The notes beneath the pieces were generated by a model. It saw nothing but the letters and a program-made list of their open reading frames with translations. It did not search any database and had not been told where the DNA came from. A stretch of 54,217 nt of DNA from a virus. Its lineage: Duplodnaviria; Caudoviricetes. Below, piece by piece: positions 37,676-45,255 of the stretch (positions within the stretch are counted from its first letter, which is position 1; each line of letters begins with the position of its first letter). The stretch lies in IMG/VR virus record IMGVR_UViG_3300031965_000040, positions 1-54,217 of that record; one strand, 5' to 3'. Both the position numbers and the translations under genes were made by a program.

Positions 37676-37902
37676 GATACCTAGTCGCTTTGGCGTTACT
37701 CTCTCCTGCCGTTGCACAGCCCAGCCCCGAGGACATTGTGCAACGCGCTCAAGAGCTGCTTTACCTCGCGTACATGCGCCCGGACGTGAGCCGATTTTGC
37801 AGCGACAATCCGCAAGCGATCTACCCGATAGAAATTCAGGGAATTACAATCGTGGTGCGTTGCTCGTCGTGGAACGATTGGAACAACGCGCCGAAAGGGT
37901 AG
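37672..37902 (+). CDS. Small exported protein with two Cys
   Basis: MRYLVALALLSPAVA|Q; ATGA overlap. Confidence 0.6.
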   Translation: MRYLVALALLSPAVAQPSPEDIVQRAQELLYLAYMRPDVSRFCSDNPQAIYPIEIQGITIVVRCSSWNDWNNAPKG

Positions 37903-37933
37903 TGACTGGTTCAGGCGCGTAACTTGGACCTTG

Positions 37934-38584
37934 CTAGGAGCTTTCGCCCGGCTCCCGCCTATCTGATACACGGTCCATGCAGGTACAGCCAGGAAAGCTG
38001 CAAAACGCATGCGGCAACCCGCCAGTGCATTTCCGGTTGTCTTCTTCGTGGATTGGCCACTGATCCTCTGAGGCGGTGGCAGACGGTGACGCTTCGGACG
38101 GTGTAACGCGCGATCCGACAGCGCCAGGGCTGGAACCCCCTTTACCGTCGCCACCATGAAATTGACTCTCTACGGCACGATGTTCTGACTCCTGCCTCTT
38201 GCAGATCGCGCATTGGCCCATATCTGGCTTGTACTCGTGATCTTCTACGGCGCGGTTATGTTCATAACCTGGTAGGCTGCCATCTAGCGCTCCGATAATT
38301 GTATCGCAAACAATTTTGTAAGATTTGTCTGGGTCGAAAGATGAACCTTGCTTAGCCAAATATTTTTGCGCCTCTATCAGAGCCTTGGATAAACCGCCTA
38401 ATCGAGACTCCGCAGATTCGGCTCTTTCCTCCATGTCGCTTATCTCTCCGAGAGCATCAGCCAGCTCGCCACACTTATCGCGGTAGCGTTCTTGGACTGT
38501 TTCTAGCTGGGACTCAAGCTCAATGCACCGTTTCCGCAACGCTTCGTGCGCATCAGCGGTGAATCGGTCGTCGCTCTTACTCAT
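37934..38584 (-). CDS. Hypothetical coiled-coil / Cys-motif protein
   Basis: GGAGG SD before ATG 38584. Confidence 0.55.
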   Translation of the reverse strand: MSKSDDRFTADAHEALRKRCIELESQLETVQERYRDKCGELADALGEISDMEERAESAESRLGGLSKALIEAQKYLAKQGSSFDPDKSYKIVCDTIIGALDGSLPGYEHNRAVEDHEYKPDMGQCAICKRQESEHRAVESQFHGGDGKGGSSPGAVGSRVTPSEASPSATASEDQWPIHEEDNRKCTGGLPHAFCSFPGCTCMDRVSDRREPGESS

Positions 38585-38981
38585 CCCCTCCCTCCTGTTT
38601 CTCACGAGCCGTCCGCTCGGCGTGGGATCGCAGTGCTTCTTTGATCGTCGGATAAACGCCGACGATATGCTCGATGTCTCGCATGGAGACGTGTTCAGTC
38701 ACAAGGTAATGGATCGCTGCCTCAGCGTCCGTGATGTAGCTGAGAAGTTCGCCTATCGTCTCTCCGGCGCACATCTGGGCGCTTTCGCTTTCGCTTAGTT
38801 TGGTCTCAAGTTCTTGGATTCTCTGCTCGGATGGTGATTGGTGAATCTTGCAGCGCAAAATTAGGCTCTCGCTCTCACTGTTTATCCATCGTTGAACGGC
38901 AGCTCTTTCAGCGTCTGTTAGCGCCGGGTCGAAAGGACCGTTCTGCTCAATGTATTTTTCTACTGACGCTGGCTTATTCAT
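38577..38981 (-). CDS. Hypothetical protein
   Basis: GGAGG SD before MNKPAS. Confidence 0.55.
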   Translation of the reverse strand: MNKPASVEKYIEQNGPFDPALTDAERAAVQRWINSESESLILRCKIHQSPSEQRIQELETKLSESESAQMCAGETIGELLSYITDAEAAIHYLVTEHVSMRDIEHIVGVYPTIKEALRSHAERTAREKQEGGDE

Positions 38982-39159
38982 TACTGCCTCCGGTAGGCGA
39001 TGGCGAAACGAACGCCCATCGTTCCTTATTAGGCATTGCAAACACCTCGGTTCGCAGGCCGTTCTTAGTTGTATCGGACACCAGTTGTCCACCGCGAACT
39101 TCTACATAATCTCTGGACAGCTTGGATAGCAGAGATTTCCCAAATTGATGCGTCATCAT
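38974..39159 (-). CDS. Hypothetical protein
   Basis: Short ORF packed in the leftward operon. Confidence 0.45.
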   Translation of the reverse strand: MMTHQFGKSLLSKLSRDYVEVRGGQLVSDTTKNGLRTEVFAMPNKERWAFVSPSPTGGSNE

Positions 39160-39183
39160 TCCGAGTCTCCAGTGAGCACGGGC

Positions 39184-39351
39184 TTATAGATCGTCATCTT
39201 CGTACCCACAAAGTACGTCGTCATAGCGCTCATCGTCACATTCCGGGCACGAGCAGCCGCGGCAGTATTCGAGTCCGTGTCGCTGGCACTTGTACATCCA
39301 CTCGATATCGAAACCGGCGCAGTCTGCGCAGATCGATTCCCGCCTAGCCAT
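39184..39351 (-). CDS. 55-aa Cys-rich microprotein
   Basis: MARRESICADCAGFDIEWMYKCQRHGLEYCRGCSCPECDDERYDDVLCGYEDDDL (translated by hand). Confidence 0.55.
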   Translation of the reverse strand: MARRESICADCAGFDIEWMYKCQRHGLEYCRGCSCPECDDERYDDVLCGYEDDDL

Positions 39352-39446
39352 CGTTTGAGCATGAGATTCCCGAGCACCATTTGCATCCCAGCCGATGCTG
39401 TGGCAGCATAACTCTTGGCCGAAAGCTGCGAGAGCAGTGAGTAGGC

Positions 39447-39629
39447 CTAATCATTTTCGCCTTCCCGAGAAACGGGCGAATATCCAACTTTGAATGCAAC
39501 ATCCACCCTCTCGCGCGCGGCGTTCCATCCGGCCCAAAATGCTCTCCACAGCCTGGCCTTATCCTCGTCCGTAGTGATGTCCTCTCGCTTGCACCACCGG
39601 GCGTAATCTTCACGTACTAACGGTAGCAT
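39447..39629 (-). CDS. Hypothetical protein
   Basis: AFWAGWNAA motif typical of small phage proteins; GGAG SD. Confidence 0.5.
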   Translation of the reverse strand: MLPLVREDYARWCKREDITTDEDKARLWRAFWAGWNAARERVDVAFKVGYSPVSREGEND

Positions 39630-39651
39630 CTAGCTCTCCCGCATCTATTTC

Positions 39652-40941
39652 CTACGCGATCTTGCTCAACTGACCGCCGACGCGGTTAGCGTGGATGGCA
39701 GCGTTGTGCGGATTGTCACGATACCTCATGAAGTGTTCCTGTAGCGCGGCAGGCTGGACCTGCGAGCGCACCCGTTGTGAGAAATGCCCCTCGAAAGCGT
39801 GATGCTCACCGAAAAACAATCTCCACATGCGGACGCTCTCGTCGGGGCTGAATAGACTCAGTGTCTCGGAGCGATCTATCCTGCCCGCCCGTGTGAGCGC
39901 CGCATCTAGGTTCTCAGGATGGTTAGTGGTCATGATGACCGTCCGGCCTTCTCCGGCTATAACGCCGTCTAAGGCGTTCAGGAGCCCGGAGAGCGAGATG
40001 TACTCCTTCTTCTCGCCGTTTTTCTCGATCTTTCGAGACTGCGACACATCGAACGTGTCAACGTCCTCGATCAGCAGAATGGACCGCTCGGGGATGTCTG
40101 CCAGCAGTCCGGCCAAACCGCCGTCGTCAATAGCTGTGCCCAGCGACAGCGAGAAAATCGGAATAGATAGCTCGCTGGCGAGCGCGAACACTAGCGACGA
40201 CTTCCCGGTTCCAGGCGGGCCGGACAGCATGTAGCCACGTCTCCAGGGGATGCCGCGCTGGACATACCATGTCTGGCTTTGGAAGAACGCTCGCATGTCC
40301 TCTAGCAGCCGTTCTCCGATGTCGTCTATCGTAATTACTGAAGACAGCGGCCTCGGGAGCTTCGTTTGCTGTCCGCGCCAACCGTACTCTCCGTGTGTCG
40401 TCACGCGAATGCGCCGTTCTGATTTGATCTGGGCAAGGGCCTCGTCCATGAGTGCGGCGAACGTAGCGGGATTGCGTCCGATGGTGCGCATGGTGATGTT
40501 TTCGATAATTATGAACTGTCGGCCATCTGGCTTTCCGCCTTGACCGTCGTCAATTTGGAGTAGCACGGGACAGTTGTTGTACCAAAAGTAGTGCAGACCC
40601 GGAGCTGGCACAAATAGGTACTCTGGCCGAGATTCTTCACTAGACTGAGCCGCAGTCATCGGCGTGTCCATACGTCGAGAAGATTTCGTGAGGATCTTGA
40701 GTCTGCGACTTCGGCCCATGAACTCCTGCTTTCCAAGCCATTCGGCCACAATGAAGAACATCTGATCGTCGCTGCGCACCGTGACCTCGGTAGTGAACTG
40801 AAGCTTGAAAAACTGGAACAGCCTTGAGGGCACGGCTCGAAATACGTACCCTGCATAGCCGAGCAGCGAGACCGCAGCGAGCCCGCCGAATATCTCGTTA
40901 TCGAGCTGGCCTGAGAACCATACCCAAAGCTGTTCGATCAT
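39652..40941 (-). CDS. BCS1-like membrane-anchored AAA+ ATPase (TM + BCS1_N-like + AAA)
   Basis: NEIFGG TM segment, FVPAPGLHYFWY, PRPLSSV, WY..RGIPWRRGYML.GPPGTGKSS, IEDVD, SLSGLLNALDGV..EGR..MTTNH.E.LD.AL.RAGRID, PAALQ. Confidence 0.88.
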   Translation of the reverse strand: MIEQLWVWFSGQLDNEIFGGLAAVSLLGYAGYVFRAVPSRLFQFFKLQFTTEVTVRSDDQMFFIVAEWLGKQEFMGRSRRLKILTKSSRRMDTPMTAAQSSEESRPEYLFVPAPGLHYFWYNNCPVLLQIDDGQGGKPDGRQFIIIENITMRTIGRNPATFAALMDEALAQIKSERRIRVTTHGEYGWRGQQTKLPRPLSSVITIDDIGERLLEDMRAFFQSQTWYVQRGIPWRRGYMLSGPPGTGKSSLVFALASELSIPIFSLSLGTAIDDGGLAGLLADIPERSILLIEDVDTFDVSQSRKIEKNGEKKEYISLSGLLNALDGVIAGEGRTVIMTTNHPENLDAALTRAGRIDRSETLSLFSPDESVRMWRLFFGEHHAFEGHFSQRVRSQVQPAALQEHFMRYRDNPHNAAIHANRVGGQLSKIA

Positions 40942-41327
40942 TAACTGGTGCCCTCCGAAGTCAGTGCCTCATCTGGCACGTTGAAAAAGCCTTGTGCTCC
41001 GCGATACGGTATCGGGCGCACGAATCGTTCAGGTTGCGCAAGCACGAAGCACCACGGCCCGTTAACGTGATGGCTGTTCTCGTGCTCCGGGAACATCTGC
41101 CGATACCGCTCAGCGCGCAGGCAATCGACCATGAGCACGCGGCCGACGATGACCCCGAACTCCAGCGGGTATCGGTCCTCGTCGCCGTCAGAGAGCCATG
41201 AGCGACTTTTACCGGCATGTATGAGCAGCGGCCCGTAATAGTTCGAGCGCCACGTCCGGTTCTCGACGGGCTTCTCGCCGGTCAAGATCAGGTGCGCGTA
41301 TGGCTGGCAGATCGTGAGTGCTTTCAC
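40941..41327 (-). CDS. ASCH domain protein
   Basis: MKALTICQPYA.LI..G.K.VENRTW...Y.GPLLIHAGK...P.PYRGAQGFF. Confidence 0.9.
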   Translation of the reverse strand: MKALTICQPYAHLILTGEKPVENRTWRSNYYGPLLIHAGKSRSWLSDGDEDRYPLEFGVIVGRVLMVDCLRAERYRQMFPEHENSHHVNGPWCFVLAQPERFVRPIPYRGAQGFFNVPDEALTSEGTS

Positions 41328-41542
41328 GAGCCGCTGCCCTTTGAGGACAGATGTTGTAACAGGGACTTCTCAATACAGTCGCGCAGAGCTTCCTCGCAAA
41401 ACCCTCCAATCTCTGTTTCGTTGTCGGGCCATTCGCCTCCCATAAACTGTATGCGTTGAGTTCTCTCTCCTCGCCAGGCTTCGTCGCCTGCTGCAAAAAT
41501 GTCTCTAGCAACGTATCCGGCTATGGTTCTGTAGTCGATCAT
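41324..41542 (-). CDS. Hypothetical protein
   Basis: Coupled ORF starting MIDYRTIAG. Confidence 0.55.
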   Translation of the reverse strand: MIDYRTIAGYVARDIFAAGDEAWRGERTQRIQFMGGEWPDNETEIGGFCEEALRDCIEKSLLQHLSSKGSGS

Positions 41543-41667
41543 CTGTCTGCCTTTGGGGTTACGGGCCGCTTGTGTAGGACGACCCATTGCTTACAGTCTG
41601 GACACCACACTGGGGCGTACTTGATCGCCGACGCTGCTGCGGTGTTTGGATGTTTGCACTTATTCAT
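41539..41667 (-). CDS. 42-aa CxH/CPDC microprotein
   Basis: MNKCKHPN...VWCPDCKQWV; ATGA overlap with the next gene. Confidence 0.5.
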   Translation of the reverse strand: MNKCKHPNTAAASAIKYAPVWCPDCKQWVVLHKRPVTPKADR

Positions 41668-41676
41668 GGTCCGTGC

Positions 41677-41889
41677 CTACCTTCGGCTGGTGTCTTTGGC
41701 CTCAATAGCGGCCAGCAGTTTCTTGTTCAGGTCCGCCGCTTCGCGTCCCCACTCCTGCCAAAGCCCTTGCGGCGGATCACCTTTTTCGTAGCCGTCCGCG
41801 CTTTCAACAGCCTCTTTGCGGTGATGGTCGATCAGCACGGAAATCCGCAGCAGATCGGAAAGCTCCATTTCAACCTTGACCTTTGGCAT
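41677..41889 (-). CDS. Hypothetical protein
   Basis: GAGGT SD before MPKVKV. Confidence 0.55.
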   Translation of the reverse strand: MPKVKVEMELSDLLRISVLIDHHRKEAVESADGYEKGDPPQGLWQEWGREAADLNKKLLAAIEAKDTSRR

Positions 41890-41906
41890 CTGTATTACCT
41901 CGGCGG

Positions 41907-42110
41907 TTAAGGATTCGCGAGTCTCCCAATGACCTCGCACGAGCGGAACGTCCGTTGCCACTGGTCGGCTGGTGGGTCGTCCTCATCGTATAACTCGGCT
42001 TCCTTCGCTTCTTCGCAGTACGCCTTGAGCGCGGCGTCCATTGCCTCACGCACCGTCTCAGCCTTCCAGCACTGTTTGTCGCCACCAACATCGATCACAT
42101 AAATCCACAT
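41907..42110 (-). CDS. Hypothetical protein
   Basis: AGGAG SD before MWIYVID. Confidence 0.55.
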   Translation of the reverse strand: MWIYVIDVGGDKQCWKAETVREAMDAALKAYCEEAKEAELYDEDDPPADQWQRTFRSCEVIGRLANP

Positions 42111-42139
42111 GAGTGTTCTCCTTTTTGAAAGTGCTTGCG

Positions 42140-42328
42140 CTAGGCAAATGACAATCGAATCTTTTTGACTTCGACAGCCCCGCGTTTCTGCCATGACTTC
42201 CATCTGTTCTTGTCGTCGCCGCTCCATATGTCGATGGCTTCACGGCGCGTATGGGCGAGCGTCGGAAAGACGGGGATGTCGTAGTTAAACACCATCCATC
42301 CCGTTTGTGGCTTGATGCTTTTGCTCAT
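42140..42328 (-). CDS. Hypothetical protein
   Basis: AGGAG upstream; TRREAI...WK..G pattern. Confidence 0.55.
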   Translation of the reverse strand: MSKSIKPQTGWMVFNYDIPVFPTLAHTRREAIDIWSGDDKNRWKSWQKRGAVEVKKIRLSFA

Positions 42329-42346
42329 GTTCGTCTTGCTCCTGCT

Positions 42347-42466
42347 CTACTCCGGCTTTGCCTTACGGCACTTACAAGGCTTCCCGCTCTTACGATCGAG
42401 CTTCCCGCAATACGAGCAGACATTTCTATCCTTCGGGCCTTTCGTGCGGTTCAGTTTTCGCGGCAT
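42347..42466 (-). CDS. 39-aa basic Cys-rich microprotein
   Basis: MPRKLNRTKGPKDRNVCSYCGKLDRKSGKPCKCRKAKPE; GGAG SD. Confidence 0.45.
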   Translation of the reverse strand: MPRKLNRTKGPKDRNVCSYCGKLDRKSGKPCKCRKAKPE

Positions 42467-42481
42467 GTCATTCTCCGTTGC

Positions 42482-42760
42482 TCAGTGGTCTCCGGGCTGC
42501 CGAACGCGGAAACCCGAGACTAAGCCTTTGTCCAAGGGCTGCGGCACGCTGCCGACAGGCGCAATCGCAAGGCGCGCTTCCTGGCCGTCAACGCTCATCG
42601 CCGCGCCGTTCAGGTCGAGCCCGAGAGGTAGCCCGAGGAACTGAAACGGCAGATGGCACTCAGCGCACTCGATCTTGACGTCAGCGCTGAACCGTCCGCT
42701 ATCCTCCAGCCGATGCACTGACACGTAAGCTTGAAAGTTCATGTGCTTACAGTCGGTCAT
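42482..42760 (-). CDS. Hypothetical Zn-binding phage protein
   Basis: C.H.NF.A.V.V.RL...C.EC..PF.F.GLP.G pattern. Confidence 0.65.
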   Translation of the reverse strand: MTDCKHMNFQAYVSVHRLEDSGRFSADVKIECAECHLPFQFLGLPLGLDLNGAAMSVDGQEARLAIAPVGSVPQPLDKGLVSGFRVRQPGDH

Positions 42761-42765
42761 TTAGC

Positions 42766-42983
42766 TGTCCGCCAAAGTGCCCGAGCGCCGCGGAAAAGCT
42801 CGCGCGATTTCTCGCCGGGTGGCGGACAAAAAACGCGCAAGAAATTGATTCAGCGGGAGTTGTGGTATGCCCTTAAAATCCGCTGGCCGAATAGGCCGTG
42901 CCGGTTCGAATCCGGCCTCGGGCACCAGTTTCAGCGCATCGCCCCTGTTTTCTCTGTCCGCCAAAATCATGGTCTGTCCGCCA
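42766..42983. promoter_or_regulatory. attP region with integrase arm sites and an IHF site
   Basis: TGTCCGCCA at 42766, 42955, 42975 and inverted at 42820; minus-strand AATCAATTTCTTG at 42838-42850 matches the IHF consensus WATCAANNNNTTR. Confidence 0.8.
42872..42927 (+). other. attP core: 3' half of tRNA-Leu(TAA), from anticodon loop to CCA
   Basis: CTTAAAA loop, long variable arm GGCC-GAATA-GGCC, T-arm GCCGG-TTCGAAT-CCGGC, CTCGGGC-A-CCA; 5' half absent. Confidence 0.88.
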
Positions 42984-42985
42984 CG

Positions 42986-43951
42986 TCACACGACCGGGCG
43001 ATGTCGGCGAGCTCGTCGATAGAGCGGCAGGAGCCCCATGCCGCCGTCCTGATGGTCCGACTCGCCCTTCGCTCGTAGGTCGTACCAGGTCCACGAGTCG
43101 ATAGGGACCGGCGCTCGATTCTCTCGCTCCGCCGTCTCCTCCTCGAGTTTAGCGAGATCGGCACGGACCCGCTGCATGGCGCTGTACATGGCCCATTCGG
43201 TCCACTTTCCGCCCTGCGAATTCGTGAACACGAACGGCGAACTCGGATGCCGAGACGTCGCCCGGGTGAGGAAGAACTGGACGGCCGACGACCACTCGAT
43301 GATCTTGATCTTGCCGGTCTTCGATTCTTCGAACCGGATCCCCTTGGGCGTGAGGCTTGTCCGCCGAAGCTCGCGGGCCTCGTCCGGCCGCAGCTCCATG
43401 AGGTAGATGCCGGCCATGAGGTCCTGAACGTGATCCGGCGCGAGATCGAAGTGCGAGAGAAACTCGTCGTGCCGGACGTAGCGGTCCTTGGGCTTTGTCT
43501 TGTTCCGCCGAACCGACCGGCACGGGTTGCCGTCGCAGATCCCGACGCGCTGACCGTATTCGTAGGCGCTTGCGAGGCAGGCGATCTCCTTGTTGGCGAC
43601 CGATCCGGCACTGGCCTTCTTCCGCCTGTGGAGGTATTGCGCCACATGCGTCGGCTTTAAGTCCGCCGCGGCCAGGGGGCCGAAGTGTTGCCGCAGTCGG
43701 CGCCGGACATACCCCGCGTAATCCTTTCGCGTCCGTGGCGCGAGGTCGTCGACGCCGTTCACCAGGAACTCGGTGAGCAGGGCGTCGATCGTAATCGCCG
43801 GCCGGCGTAGATGGCACCCGAGGGCCTCGTAGAGAGACGATTCGCCCTCGGATACCCGGCAGAGCTTCTTGGAGCGCCGCTTGCCGTTCTCGTCTCGGCC
43901 GAGGTCGATATGCCAGGAGCCGTGGCGCCGAAAGACGCGATCAATGGCCAT
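42986..43951 (-). CDS. int: Tyrosine recombinase / phage integrase
   Basis: ANKEIACL...NPC..V, LRPDE, ESKTG, YDLRAK, terminal LY; adjacent to attP. Confidence 0.9.
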   Translation of the reverse strand: MAIDRVFRRHGSWHIDLGRDENGKRRSKKLCRVSEGESSLYEALGCHLRRPAITIDALLTEFLVNGVDDLAPRTRKDYAGYVRRRLRQHFGPLAAADLKPTHVAQYLHRRKKASAGSVANKEIACLASAYEYGQRVGICDGNPCRSVRRNKTKPKDRYVRHDEFLSHFDLAPDHVQDLMAGIYLMELRPDEARELRRTSLTPKGIRFEESKTGKIKIIEWSSAVQFFLTRATSRHPSSPFVFTNSQGGKWTEWAMYSAMQRVRADLAKLEEETAERENRAPVPIDSWTWYDLRAKGESDHQDGGMGLLPLYRRARRHRPVV

Positions 43952-43955
43952 CGCG

Positions 43956-44171
43956 TCACTCCCGCAGGTCTCCCCAGATTGGTTCGTTGATCTTGTTCTT
44001 TTGCCCACGGCCCGCCAAAGCGTCGTTAAAGGCTTGCTCAGTCGTCGAGATCCTACCACCCAACTCGGTGAAGCGGATGCCTGCCTTGCGCAGGTGGCGA
44101 CGCAGGGCGGCTTTCTGGCGCAGGCCGGTGAGGCGCATCAGGTCCTCTTGCTCGAGCACGGAGCCGATCAT
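43956..44171 (-). CDS. Excisionase-like protein (DUF4224-type)
   Basis: L..EDL.RLTG......RR.L...GI.F pattern, directly upstream of int. Confidence 0.75.
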   Translation of the reverse strand: MIGSVLEQEDLMRLTGLRQKAALRRHLRKAGIRFTELGGRISTTEQAFNDALAGRGQKNKINEPIWGDLRE

Positions 44172-44377
44172 CCGGAGGCCTCCGAGGCGGTGAGCCCAGC
44201 CCGCTCCGCAGCGGTAGCAACCCGCAACATCAGATGCTCCCCGAACACGAGCACGGTCCAGCAAGTCGGGCAGCGGCAGAGATCGCCCTCGGCTGGCGGC
44301 GTGACCGGCGAGACGAACGACTGGCACTCGGGGCATATCCGTGGGAGCCAGAAGGGGGTGGGGGAGGGGGCCATCAT
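44168..44377 (-). CDS. Small Cys-rich protein
   Basis: CPEC...GDLCRCPTC; overlaps neighbours at both ends. Confidence 0.55.
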   Translation of the reverse strand: MMAPSPTPFWLPRICPECQSFVSPVTPPAEGDLCRCPTCWTVLVFGEHLMLRVATAAERAGLTASEASG

Positions 44378-45255
44378 TTGCTGGCGTCTTTTGCCACGAA
44401 CATATCTTCTTGGGCATCGGCGGCCGCAAGATTCGCCGCGGCTTGCTCGAAGTAACTGCGCTTCAACTCGATGCCGATAAACCTTCTGCCGAGTTCAATC
44501 GCGACAAAGCCCTCAGAACCTATGCCGCAAAACGGCGAGAGCACCGTGTCACCAGGATTGGTCCATAGCTCTATACCGCGTCGGATTACTTCGAGCTGCA
44601 GCGGCGCGATGTGCCGCTCGTCTTCATGCTCCCTGGCGCTGCGATACTGCAACGTGTCCGATGGGTTGATATCCATCCATACGGGAGAGGCGATTCGCTG
44701 CCACTTATCGACAGGGTAATCGTCGTGCGTCACCCGCTCGATCGGATCACCAGGGGCGCGCATCGTCACAAGGTAGTCGGGGATGCCTTGCCGCGCCATG
44801 CTCGAATTGTTGCGCACAGTCTTATGAAGAAGCCCGAGCGCCTTGGTACGCTGCATGACCGTCACTGGATCCTTCCAGATCACGACCTCTGAGTGATGGA
44901 CGAAGCCGCGAGTCTCAAAACAGCGAATCAGCTCCCCGCGGAAGTCTCGCAGTCCGATCACGCCATCCATGACCTTGCTCGTCGGGAGCAGCATGCAGTG
45001 AAACGACACGTCACGCCCAGGCTGCATGACTCGACGCAATTCATCGACCAAGAATCCAAAGTGTTCTAAGAACTGCGCGTGCGTTTTGCAGTTACCCATA
45101 TCGCGCGGGCTGTTCGAGTATGTGTACAGCGACGCGAACGGCGGCGAGAAGATCGAATAGCCGATAGATTTGTCGGGGATACCTTGCAGCACTTCGACAC
45201 AATCTCCCTGGTACAGAGCCCAGTTGGCGGACAGTACTTGATCTAGGCAGCGCAT
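44374..45255 (-). CDS. DNA methyltransferase (N4/N6, beta class)
   Basis: GDCVE, FSPPF, HIAPLQL, NPGDTVLSPFCGIGSEG, GIELK. Confidence 0.9.
   Translation of the reverse strand: MRCLDQVLSANWALYQGDCVEVLQGIPDKSIGYSIFSPPFASLYTYSNSPRDMGNCKTHAQFLEHFGFLVDELRRVMQPGRDVSFHCMLLPTSKVMDGVIGLRDFRGELIRCFETRGFVHHSEVVIWKDPVTVMQRTKALGLLHKTVRNNSSMARQGIPDYLVTMRAPGDPIERVTHDDYPVDKWQRIASPVWMDINPSDTLQYRSAREHEDERHIAPLQLEVIRRGIELWTNPGDTVLSPFCGIGSEGFVAIELGRRFIGIELKRSYFEQAAANLAAADAQEDMFVAKDASK

Noticed and set aside
33919-37902. Diversity-generating retroelement, as in BPP-1-like phages
   Set aside because: No reverse transcriptase ORF recognised and no template/variable repeat pair seen near the tailspike 3' end
42841-42927. 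Intact tRNA-Leu gene
   Set aside because: The 5' acceptor strand and D-arm are missing; only anticodon loop to CCA is present, as expected for attP
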